Assembly: GCA_965368975.1 (NCBI GenBank)
Contig: CBDUPA010000017.1
Coordinates: 1 to 64,000 of the forward strand
Length of the DNA stretch: 64,000 nt
Source: an uncultured bacterium
GTDB lineage: Bacteria; Acidobacteriota; Thermoanaerobaculia; Multivoradales; JAHZIX01
Direction: 5' to 3'
In this document: positions 1 to 10,033 of the stretch, piece after piece
Layout of the letters: every line of letters begins with the position of its first letter
Position numbering within the stretch: the first letter of the stretch is position 1
Translations under genes and position numbers: made by a program
The notes under the pieces: generated by a model
Told to the model about the DNA's origin: nothing
The model's database searches: none
The model's input: only the letters and a program-made list of their open reading frames with translations

Positions 1-2
1 AG

Positions 3-1919
3 CGGTACGAGATCAAGCTGACCGGTAACATCAACTCCTCGCACACCGTGCAGGCTGCCTACACCGAGAACGAGACGACCCAGTTCCGTCCGTCCTTCAG
101 CTTCTCGATCGACCCGCGTACGGCCAAGACCCGCACGCTGCCGAACGAGCTGAGCGTGGCGCGCTACAACGGTGTCTGGACCTCGAACCTGTTCGCCGAG
201 CTGCAATATTCGGAGAAGAAGTTCCAGTTCTCCGACTCCGGCGGCACCTCGACCGCGCTGGTCGACTCGCCGTTCCTGAGCTTCCAGAATGGTCTGGGCC
301 ACTTCAACCAGCCTTACTTCGATGCCACCGATCCCGAGGATCGCAACAACGAGCAGCTGGCTGGTAGCCTGTCCTACTTCGCTTCGACCGAAGCTCTGGG
401 TTCGCATGACCTGAAGGTCGGCTTCGAGCAGTTCAAGACCTACCGCACCGGCGGTAACTCGCAGTCCGCCACCAGCTACGTCTGGGAGGCCGACTACCTG
501 GCCGACGCCAACGGTCTGCCGGTCCTGGACAGCCAGGGTCGTCTGCAGCCGGTGTTCACGCCGGGCTTCGGCACGATCATCGAGAACTGGATCGCCCAGC
601 GCGGTGCCCGTCTCAACATCGAGACCACCTCGCTGTACGTCAACGATCGCTGGAACCTGAACGACAACTGGTCGTTCAACGTCGGTTTCCGCTACGAGGA
701 CGTGAGTGGTGACGCCACGGGTGGCCTGAAGCCGGTCGACACGACCGCTTTCGTGCCGCGTCTGGCCGCTTCCTACGATGTGTACGGTGACGGCAAGTAC
801 AAGGTCGACCTGACCTACGCCGAGTACGCCGGCAAGTACAGCGAGACGCAGTTCGGTGAGACCACCAACGTGGGCAACCCGGATGTGATCTTCAGCTTCT
901 ACAACGGTCCTGCGGGCGCTGGTCTGGACTTCGCTCCGGGCTTCGACCTGACCAACTACGTTCCGTACAACGCGAACTTCCCGACGCAGAGCGTCTTCTT
1001 CGACGGCGACATCAGCTCGCCGGTGGCGGAAGAGTTCACCCTGTCGGTGGGCGCTGAGATCGGTCGTGGTGGTTATCTGAAGATGACCTACACCGATCGT
1101 GAGATGAGCAACTTCGTCGAAGACTTCATCAACGATCCGGCCAACCCGGTTCTGGTCGAGACGGCCGCGGGCACCCTGGTGGTGGACCGTACCCTCTACT
1201 CCAACACCGACGTGCCGGAGCGCGTGTACCAGTCCCTGCAGCTGCAGGGCCGCTACCGCCTGTCGAACAACTGGATGGTCGAGGGTCACTGGACCCACCA
1301 GTTGAAGAACGAAGGCAACTTCGAGGGTGAAGGCACCAACACTCCGGGTATCTCGTCGAGCTTCGGCGACTACCCCGAGATCCTGGTGCCGGGCCGTAAC
1401 TTCCCGAGTGGTCGCCTCAACGACTACCAGGAAGATCGTGTCCGCCTGTGGACCACCTACAACTTCAACCTCGGCCGTGCCGGCAACCTGGGCCTGAGCC
1501 TGCTGTTCAACTACGACAGCGCGCTCACGTTCAGCCTGTCCGACACCAACGAGCCGTTGTCGGCGATCCAGCAGGCCCGCAACCCGGGTTACATCGGTCT
1601 GGCCTCCCAGACGATCTTCTTCGGCGAGCGCGGCAGCCAGGAGTACAACGACTCCTACACCTTCGACCTGGCGGTCAACTACAGCCTGCCGGTCTGGCGT
1701 AGCGTCGAGCCCTGGTTCAAGCTGGAGGTTCGCAACCTGCTGAACGAGGATAGGGTCGTGTTCTTCAACACCACCGTGTCCGCGATCGATGCTGGCCCGA
1801 CGGATGCCGACGGTATCCCGACCACCTTCGTCACCGGTTCGCAGTTCGGCAACCCGACCTCCAACGGCTCCTACGTGACGCCGCGGGAGTACCTGATCTC
1901 TGGTGGTATCCGGTTCTAA
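3..1919 (+). CDS. TonB-dependent outer-membrane receptor (Oar-like), 5' end outside the window
   Basis: The frame is open from position 3 (RYEIKLTGNINSSHTVQAAY...) and is collinear with the downstream paralog (RFEIKLTGNINASHTLQATY). It has beta-barrel-like aromatic alternation and a C-terminal Phe (GGIRF). Confidence 0.9.
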   Translation, partial: RYEIKLTGNINSSHTVQAAYTENETTQFRPSFSFSIDPRTAKTRTLPNELSVARYNGVWTSNLFAELQYSEKKFQFSDSGGTSTALVDSPFLSFQNGLGHFNQPYFDATDPEDRNNEQLAGSLSYFASTEALGSHDLKVGFEQFKTYRTGGNSQSATSYVWEADYLADANGLPVLDSQGRLQPVFTPGFGTIIENWIAQRGARLNIETTSLYVNDRWNLNDNWSFNVGFRYEDVSGDATGGLKPVDTTAFVPRLAASYDVYGDGKYKVDLTYAEYAGKYSETQFGETTNVGNPDVIFSFYNGPAGAGLDFAPGFDLTNYVPYNANFPTQSVFFDGDISSPVAEEFTLSVGAEIGRGGYLKMTYTDREMSNFVEDFINDPANPVLVETAAGTLVVDRTLYSNTDVPERVYQSLQLQGRYRLSNNWMVEGHWTHQLKNEGNFEGEGTNTPGISSSFGDYPEILVPGRNFPSGRLNDYQEDRVRLWTTYNFNLGRAGNLGLSLLFNYDSALTFSLSDTNEPLSAIQQARNPGYIGLASQTIFFGERGSQEYNDSYTFDLAVNYSLPVWRSVEPWFKLEVRNLLNEDRVVFFNTTVSAIDAGPTDADGIPTTFVTGSQFGNPTSNGSYVTPREYLISGGIRF

Positions 1920-1962
1920 GACCGCATGACCTCATCGGGATCTGACGATCCTGATCGGAGAT

Positions 1963-1992
1963 GAAAGGGACGGCGCAAGCCGTCCCTTTCTT
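1963..1992 (+). terminator. Intrinsic terminator-like hairpin
   Basis: Perfect 12-bp stem GAAAGGGACGGC-GCAA-GCCGTCCCTTTC followed by TT, about 43 nt after the receptor stop codon. Confidence 0.8.
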
Positions 1993-2062
1993 GCGTTCAG
2001 GGGCAATACTGCGCTGCTTCTTGGGGTAGCGGTGGGCGAACAAACCTACGTCTTGTTGGAAT

Positions 2063-2091
2063 TGGACAAACGCTGCGGCCTTCGCTAGAAT
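2063..2091 (+). promoter_or_regulatory. Putative sigma70 promoter for the second receptor
   Basis: TGGACA (2063-2068), 17-nt spacer, TAGAAT (2086-2091); one mismatch to each consensus hexamer. Confidence 0.55.
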
Positions 2092-2269
2092 CCGAACAAA
2101 TATGTCATCGCGGTCGCCCAAGTGCGGCGACTTTCCAACTGAGATGGTGTGTGTGCCGGGTACTGGCTCGCGAGTCGAGCTGAGTTGTTTGGGTGTAATG
2201 GCTGCAATGTCGTTGTTGTGGCCGTACCCTGGTACTCCATCAACCCCACGTTCCCCAAGGAGGATTCGA

Positions 2270-5149
2270 ATGAATCTGAGGCGTTGTTCTCTATCCCTAC
2301 TTGCTCTGGCTTTGCTGTTGTTGCCCGCAGCTGCCTGGGCTCAGGGCACCCAGACTGGTACCCTCACTGGTCAGGCCACTGATTCCAACGGTGAAGGGCT
2401 GCCGGGCGTTACGGTCACCGCGACCTCGCCATCCCTATTGGGTGCGCGCACTGCGTTCACCGGCTCTAACGGTGACTATGTGCTGCGCGGCCTGCCGCCG
2501 GGCAGCTATACCGTGATCTTCGAACTCGAAGGTATGACTACCGTCGAGCGTACCGCGTCTGTCGAGCTGGGTCGTCCCGCCCGTGTGGATGCGCGGCTGC
2601 AGGTGAGTGCGGTGGAGGAGACCATCGTGGTACGGGGTGAAAGCCCGACGGCCCTCGAGACCTCCTCGGTCGGTGCCAACTATGATGCAGAGATGATCGA
2701 CTCGCTGGCCACCAGCCGCACGCTGTTCGGTATCGCGCAGCTGGCTCCGGGCCTGACCACGAACACGCCCAACGGCGGCCAGGTGACCATCTCCGGTGCC
2801 TTCGGCTACGACAACGTATTCCTGGTCGACGGCGTAGACGTCAACGACAACCTGTTCGGCTCGGCCAACAGCCTGTTCATCGAGGACGCGATCGAGGAGA
2901 CCCAGGTCCTAACCTCGGGTATTTCCGCCGAGTACGGCCGCTTTACCGGCGGTGTCATCAACGCCATCACCAAGAGTGGTGGCAACGAGTTCAGCGGTTC
3001 CTTCCGTGTCGACCTGACCAACCCGCAATGGCGTGACGAAACGCCGCTCGAGGACGAGCGCGGCATCGAGCGCGAGGATATTCAGAACGAGGTCTTCTCC
3101 GCGACTCTGGGCGGCTACGTGGTCAAGGACCAGGTGTGGTTCTTCCTCGCCGGTCGTGATCAGTCCACGGCTACACAGCATGTGATGCGTATCACTGAGA
3201 TTCCTGTCACCCGTACCACCGACAACGAGCGCTTCGAGATCAAGCTGACGGGTAACATCAACGCCTCGCACACTCTGCAGGCCACCTATACCGAGAACGA
3301 GACCAACCAGTTCCGCCCCTCGTTCAGCAACTCGATCGACCTGCGCACGACCAAGTCGAGGACGCTGCCCAACGATCTATCGGTGGTGCGTTACAACGGT
3401 GTTCTGAGTTCCAACCTGTTCGCCGAGCTGCAGTACTCGGAGAAGAAGTTTCAGTTCTCGGACAGTGGTGGTACGTCGACCGACATCGTCGACTCGCCGT
3501 TCTTCGGTTTCAACCAGGGGCTCGTGAGCCACTACAACGCTCCCTACTTCGATGCCAACGATCCCGAGGATCGCAACAACGAGCAGCTGGCGGGTAGCCT
3601 CTCCTACTTCGCGGCCTCCGACACGCTGGGGTCGCACGACGTCAAGTTCGGCTTCGAGCAGTTCCAGACCACACGTACCGGTGGCAACTCGCAGTCTGCT
3701 ACCAGCTACGTCTTCAACGCCGATTTTCTCGAAGACGCCAACGGCGAACCGATCTACGATGCCCAGGGGCGCTTGCAACCGATCTTCACTCCAGGCTTCG
3801 ACACCACGATCGAGAACTGGATTGCGGTGCGCGGTGCCGAGCTGAACATCGAGACCACTTCGTTCTACGTCAACGATCGCTGGAACCTGGATGACCGCTG
3901 GTCCTTCAACATCGGTTTCCGCTATGAGGACGTGCAGGGCGATTCCACCGGTGGCCTGAAGCCAGTCGATACCAACGCTCTGGTGCCCCGCTTGGCCGCG
4001 TCCTACGATGTACGAGGTGACGGCAAGTACAAGGTCGATCTGACCTACGCCGAGTACGCCGGTAAGTACAACGAGACCCAATTCGGCGAAGTCACCAACG
4101 TCGGCAACCCTGACGTCATTCTCGGCTTCTACCTGGGCCCCCCAGGCGTCGGTCTCGATTATGCGCCGGGCCTGGATCCGAGCAACTACATCCCGTACAA
4201 CGCCAACTTCCCGACCGCCAGCGTCTTCTTCGATCCGGACATCAGCTCGCCGATCGCTGAAGAGTGGACCTTGTCCGTGGGCGCTGAGATCGGCCGTGGT
4301 GGTTATTTGAAGATGACTTTCACCGATCGTGAGATGAGCAACTTCGTCGAAGACTTCATCAACGATCCGCTCAACCCGGTAGTAGTAGAAAGTCCTGTCG
4401 GTACCTTGGTGGTTGACCGCACCTTCTACACCAATAGCGACATCCCGGAGCGTGCCTACCAGGCACTGCAGTTGCAGGGTCGCTACCGCATCAGCAACAA
4501 CTGGTTGGTCGAAGGTCACTGGACGCGTCAGCTGAAGAACGACGGAAACTTCGAGGGTGAGGCTGGCAGTCAGCCGGGTTTGCCATCCTCGTTCGGCGAC
4601 TATCCTGAAGTCCTGGTAGCCGAGCGCAACTTCCCGAAGGGCACGCTCAACGATTTCCAGGAGGACCGGATCCGCTTGTGGACGACCTATAACTTCAACC
4701 TCGGCCGAGCCGGCACCCTCGGTGCCAGCCTGCTGTTCAACTACGACTCGGCACTTACCTATAGCCTGGCTGATGCCAATGAGCCACTGTCGGCGATTCA
4801 GCTGGCACGTAACCCCGGTTACCAGGGTTTGAGCACGCAGACCATCTTCTTTGGCGAGCGTGGCAGTCAGGAGTACGAGGACGAGTACACCTTCGACCTG
4901 GCGCTCAACTACAGCCTACCGGTGTGGCGTAGCGTCGAGCCTTGGTTGAAGCTCGAGGTGCGCAATGTGCTGAACGAAGACAAGGCTGTCTTCTTCAACA
5001 CCTCGGTCTTCGCCGTGGATGATGGTCCCGTCGACGAGCACGGTATTCCGACTACCTACGTGCAGGGTTCCCGCTTCGGAACGCCAACGTCCAACGGCTC
5101 CTTCGTGACGCCGCGGGAGTACCGGATTTCGGCGGGTATCCGCTTCTGA
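2270..5149 (+). CDS. TonB-dependent receptor with N-terminal carboxypeptidase-regulatory-like domain (Oar-like)
   Basis: Start reassigned to ATG 2270 after an AAGGAGG RBS. Signal peptide MNLRR...AAAWA, followed by GTLTG..LPGVTVT..LPPGSYTV, the plug motif SAEYGRFTGGVINAITKSG and C-terminal GIRF. Confidence 0.92.
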   Translation: MNLRRCSLSLLALALLLLPAAAWAQGTQTGTLTGQATDSNGEGLPGVTVTATSPSLLGARTAFTGSNGDYVLRGLPPGSYTVIFELEGMTTVERTASVELGRPARVDARLQVSAVEETIVVRGESPTALETSSVGANYDAEMIDSLATSRTLFGIAQLAPGLTTNTPNGGQVTISGAFGYDNVFLVDGVDVNDNLFGSANSLFIEDAIEETQVLTSGISAEYGRFTGGVINAITKSGGNEFSGSFRVDLTNPQWRDETPLEDERGIEREDIQNEVFSATLGGYVVKDQVWFFLAGRDQSTATQHVMRITEIPVTRTTDNERFEIKLTGNINASHTLQATYTENETNQFRPSFSNSIDLRTTKSRTLPNDLSVVRYNGVLSSNLFAELQYSEKKFQFSDSGGTSTDIVDSPFFGFNQGLVSHYNAPYFDANDPEDRNNEQLAGSLSYFAASDTLGSHDVKFGFEQFQTTRTGGNSQSATSYVFNADFLEDANGEPIYDAQGRLQPIFTPGFDTTIENWIAVRGAELNIETTSFYVNDRWNLDDRWSFNIGFRYEDVQGDSTGGLKPVDTNALVPRLAASYDVRGDGKYKVDLTYAEYAGKYNETQFGEVTNVGNPDVILGFYLGPPGVGLDYAPGLDPSNYIPYNANFPTASVFFDPDISSPIAEEWTLSVGAEIGRGGYLKMTFTDREMSNFVEDFINDPLNPVVVESPVGTLVVDRTFYTNSDIPERAYQALQLQGRYRISNNWLVEGHWTRQLKNDGNFEGEAGSQPGLPSSFGDYPEVLVAERNFPKGTLNDFQEDRIRLWTTYNFNLGRAGTLGASLLFNYDSALTYSLADANEPLSAIQLARNPGYQGLSTQTIFFGERGSQEYEDEYTFDLALNYSLPVWRSVEPWLKLEVRNVLNEDKAVFFNTSVFAVDDGPVDEHGIPTTYVQGSRFGTPTSNGSFVTPREYRISAGIRF

Positions 5150-5195
5150 TCGACGGTTGACTCGGGAAACCCCGCCGCGTGCGGGGCTGACCTAG

Positions 5196-5228
5196 AACGG
5201 CCGGGGTGTTGGTGCCCCGGCCGTTTTG
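5196..5228 (+). terminator. Intrinsic terminator-like hairpin between convergent genes
   Basis: AACGGCCGGGG-tgttggtg-CCCCGGCCGTT followed by further T residues. Confidence 0.7.
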
Positions 5229-5283
5229 CATCGGGAGCCCCGCGCGCGGGGCGGCCCACATCCGGAATCTGGATTCCCCGCCC

Positions 5284-6873
<1,590 letters not shown>

Positions 6874-6940
6874 GGGTGATCCGTAACGGAGGTTGGTGAA
6901 GTGGGGAAGGGGAGCGACCCGGGGCCGCGAACGGCAGGGA

Positions 6941-6949
6941 AATATACCA
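6941..6949 (-). promoter_or_regulatory. Putative extended -10 element for prfC
   Basis: TGgTATATT on the minus strand about 68 nt upstream of the ATG, in a GC-rich background. Confidence 0.35.
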
Positions 6950-7062
6950 TCTCCGTCCGTCCTACTCGATGAGGGCCGGCGTCAGGGTGAAAGCTGCATG
7001 TTAGCCTACGCCATTCAACTCCCCGAGGGAGCTCTCGGCGATGCCAGACAAGGAGACCACGC

Positions 7063-7914
7063 ATGCAACTGGCCTTAGCTCAGCTCAGTTCGACGCCGGA
7101 CCGAGCGCACAATCTGGACAAGGTGCTACGGGCGATGGAGACGGCACACGAACGCGGTGCCGAGGCCGTCGTGTTTCCCGAGGTTGTGCTCGATCCCTTC
7201 TTCCCGCAGTTTTCCGGCTCGGATGCCGAAGTGCTGGCCGCGGCGCGGGCACTGGCCGAACCGATTCCCGGACCGACGACCGAGCGTATCGCAGAGCAGG
7301 CGCGCAAGCTCGGCCTGGTGACCGTGTTCAACCTCTACGAGGTCGACGGCGAACACTACTACGACAGCTCGCCGGTGTTCGACGCCGACGGCAGCCTGCT
7401 CGGGGTCACGCGCATGCAGCACATCTGCTACTTCGAGGGCTTCTACGAGAAGGACTATTACGATCCCGCCGATACGGCGCCGGCCGTCTACCAGACCCGT
7501 GCAGGCCGTATCGGTGTCGCTATCTGCTACGACCGTCACTACCCCGAGTACCTGCGCGCGCTGGCGCTCGCCGGTGCTGATCTGGTGGTGATCCCGCAGG
7601 CGGGGGCACTCGGTGAATGGCCGGAGGGTCTGTTCGAGGCCGAGGTGCGCACGGGGGCCTTCCAGCACGGCTACTTCATGGCGCTGTGCAACCGGGTAGG
7701 CGCCGAGGAGACGCTGACCTTCGGGGGTGGCTCCTTCGCCGTCGACCCGGACGGGCGCGTGCTCGCCACGGCCACCGAGCAGGCCGACCAAGTGCTCGTC
7801 GTCGAGCTCGACCTGGACGCCTGCAACGCCTCGTGCGGCCGCCGGCTCTTCCTGCCCGACCGCCGGCCCGAGTTGTACCCGTCCTGGCTGGGCGGTCAGG
7901 AGTCGAAGTCCTAG
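7063..7914 (+). CDS. Carbon-nitrogen hydrolase (nitrilase superfamily; N-carbamoylputrescine amidase/beta-ureidopropionase-like)
   Basis: AAGGAG RBS; VFPE (catalytic Glu), FYEKDYY, IGVAICYDRHYPE (catalytic Cys), NRVG, FGGGSF.VDPDG. Confidence 0.88.
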   Translation: MQLALAQLSSTPDRAHNLDKVLRAMETAHERGAEAVVFPEVVLDPFFPQFSGSDAEVLAAARALAEPIPGPTTERIAEQARKLGLVTVFNLYEVDGEHYYDSSPVFDADGSLLGVTRMQHICYFEGFYEKDYYDPADTAPAVYQTRAGRIGVAICYDRHYPEYLRALALAGADLVVIPQAGALGEWPEGLFEAEVRTGAFQHGYFMALCNRVGAEETLTFGGGSFAVDPDGRVLATATEQADQVLVVELDLDACNASCGRRLFLPDRRPELYPSWLGGQESKS

Positions 7915-7983
7915 CGTTGCGGGGCGATCTGCGGAATTCCAGGCAGCAAGTTCACCTTAGATCTCAGCAGGAGACATTGCATC

Positions 7984-9981
7984 ATGTATCTGGTAGATCT
8001 TCAGAGTTCTGGCCGTGCGCAGAGGGCGCTCTCGGCCTCGTGTCCTTCGAGTTGGCTCCGCGTGCTTCTCTCCGGTCTCTTGCTCGTCGTAGCCCTGCTG
8101 AGCAGCACCGCCCTGCCGCTCAGCGCCGCCGCCGACTTCCCGCCGATCACCGACGAACAGCGTGCCATGACCGCGGTGCCCTTCGACGCGAAGGCGGATG
8201 CCGTCATCCTGTTCAAGATCGGCGAGTTCCACATGCAGGACTTCGGCAAGGGCATGAGCGACTCGCGCTACGAGGTGCAGGTGCGACTCAAGATCCTGAC
8301 CGAAGAGGGCAAAGACTACGCCGAGATCGCGCTGCCGCACAGCAACGCCCGGCGCCTGGTCGAGTTGGAAGGGCGCACCGTGCTGCCGGATGGTCGCGAA
8401 CTACCCCTCGACGCCACCTTCCGCCAGCGGGCTTCCGAGAACGATCCCTACTTCCTCACCGTCGGTGCCTTCGATGGTGTCGAGGTGGGAGCGATCCTCG
8501 ACTACCGCTACGTGCTGCGCTACGACAGCATCTTCCGCCTCGATCCGTGGTACTTCCAGGACCGCATCCCCACGCAGTACTCCGAGATCCGGTACATCGT
8601 GCCGTCGCACATCGGGTTCAAGCCCTGGGCACGCGAGTCGATCCAGGGACGCCTCAAGTATGCGGTCGAGCAACAGGTCAACCAGCGGCGGGCGGCGGTG
8701 GCGTCGATGTCGAACATGCCGTCGGTTCCCAGCGAACCGCTCGGCTATCCCTTCCGCGACCTGTCCGCCGCCTTCTTGGTGCTGCCCACGCAGTACGTCG
8801 ACAACGGCGTGCCCTTCGACCTGATGACCAGCTGGGAGCAGGTCTGCGAGTTGACGCGCGACTACTACGACGACATGTGGAAGGACCGCGGCAGCGCCAA
8901 GCGCAAGGCGCGCGACCTGGTGGCGAACCTCGACACGCCGCGGGCCAAGGCCGAGGCGGTCTATCGTTTCGTGCGCGACGAGATCCGCTTCGAGAACCTG
9001 GCCGATCCGGAAGCGCAGGTCGATGACATCCTCGCCGCAGGTCACGGCAATAGCTACGATCAGACGATCCTCCTGTGGGCCATGCTCGACGCCGTCGATG
9101 TCGAGGCCAGCCTGGTGTGGGCCAGCTACCGCAACAGCGGGCATCCAGACATGGAGACGCCCAATCCAAGCTGGCTGGAAGGTCGCGTGGTGCGTGTCAC
9201 GCTGCCGGACGGAGAGTACTTCCTGGACCCGATCGACCGCGGGCTGGCGTTCGGTCAGCTACAGCCGACGATGGAGGGGATGCCGGCGCTGGTCTACGAC
9301 ACCAAGGACCCGGAAGTCATCGAGCTGCCGGAGCAAGGGGCCCAGACCAACCGTCGGCACGCCCGCCTGACCCTGCAACTCGACGCAGAGGGCCGAGTGA
9401 CCGGCAACGGGGTTGTCGAGTTCACCGGGCAGCACGCATGGCGTCACCTATTCGGTGGTACCAGCAGCGAGATCCAGGAACACTGGGACGAGTGGCTGCA
9501 CGAGGCCTTCGAGGACTACCAGGTCACCGCCATCGAGGTTGATGAGCAGGTCGATGGTCAGCGCGTCGAGGTGCGCTTCGAGCTGGCGCAGTTGGAAGAA
9601 GTGGTGCTCGGCGACGAAGCGAGCCTGAGCCTGAGTCGCCCGCTCGGTCCGGTGGAGCAACCGTTCAAGCTCGAACCCGCCAACCGCCGCACGCCGGTGC
9701 AGTTCACCTTCGCCGACCGTGATCTGATCGAGGTGACGATGAGCTGGCCGGACGGCTGGGAGCTGGATCTGACGCCGCCGGACCACGAGTTCCGCAATGC
9801 CGCCGGTGAGGTGAACACCAAGCTCAGCGTCGATGCCGCTGGCCGTCGTCTCAGTTTCCAGCGTCGTTTCGACCTGCACCGTCGAGAGTTCCACGGCAGG
9901 GACGGCTACACCGCGGTGCGTGACCTTTTCGGCCAGATGGAGGAACAGGATGCGAAGGCGTTGGTGTTGGTTGCGCAGTAG
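7984..9981 (+). CDS. Secreted DUF3857 + transglutaminase-like protein (catalytic Cys apparently absent)
   Basis: Signal peptide; ADAVIL, RLKILTEEGKDYAEI, VEVGAILDYRY; AVYRFVRDEIRF; GHGNSYD where active members have GDCKD; FLDP. Confidence 0.75.
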   Translation: MYLVDLQSSGRAQRALSASCPSSWLRVLLSGLLLVVALLSSTALPLSAAADFPPITDEQRAMTAVPFDAKADAVILFKIGEFHMQDFGKGMSDSRYEVQVRLKILTEEGKDYAEIALPHSNARRLVELEGRTVLPDGRELPLDATFRQRASENDPYFLTVGAFDGVEVGAILDYRYVLRYDSIFRLDPWYFQDRIPTQYSEIRYIVPSHIGFKPWARESIQGRLKYAVEQQVNQRRAAVASMSNMPSVPSEPLGYPFRDLSAAFLVLPTQYVDNGVPFDLMTSWEQVCELTRDYYDDMWKDRGSAKRKARDLVANLDTPRAKAEAVYRFVRDEIRFENLADPEAQVDDILAAGHGNSYDQTILLWAMLDAVDVEASLVWASYRNSGHPDMETPNPSWLEGRVVRVTLPDGEYFLDPIDRGLAFGQLQPTMEGMPALVYDTKDPEVIELPEQGAQTNRRHARLTLQLDAEGRVTGNGVVEFTGQHAWRHLFGGTSSEIQEHWDEWLHEAFEDYQVTAIEVDEQVDGQRVEVRFELAQLEEVVLGDEASLSLSRPLGPVEQPFKLEPANRRTPVQFTFADRDLIEVTMSWPDGWELDLTPPDHEFRNAAGEVNTKLSVDAAGRRLSFQRRFDLHRREFHGRDGYTAVRDLFGQMEEQDAKALVLVAQ

Positions 9982-10033
9982 CGAAGCCTCTGCACGTCAG
10001 CGCCTGGGGTGCAAGTCTGGAAGAGATGGCCAT

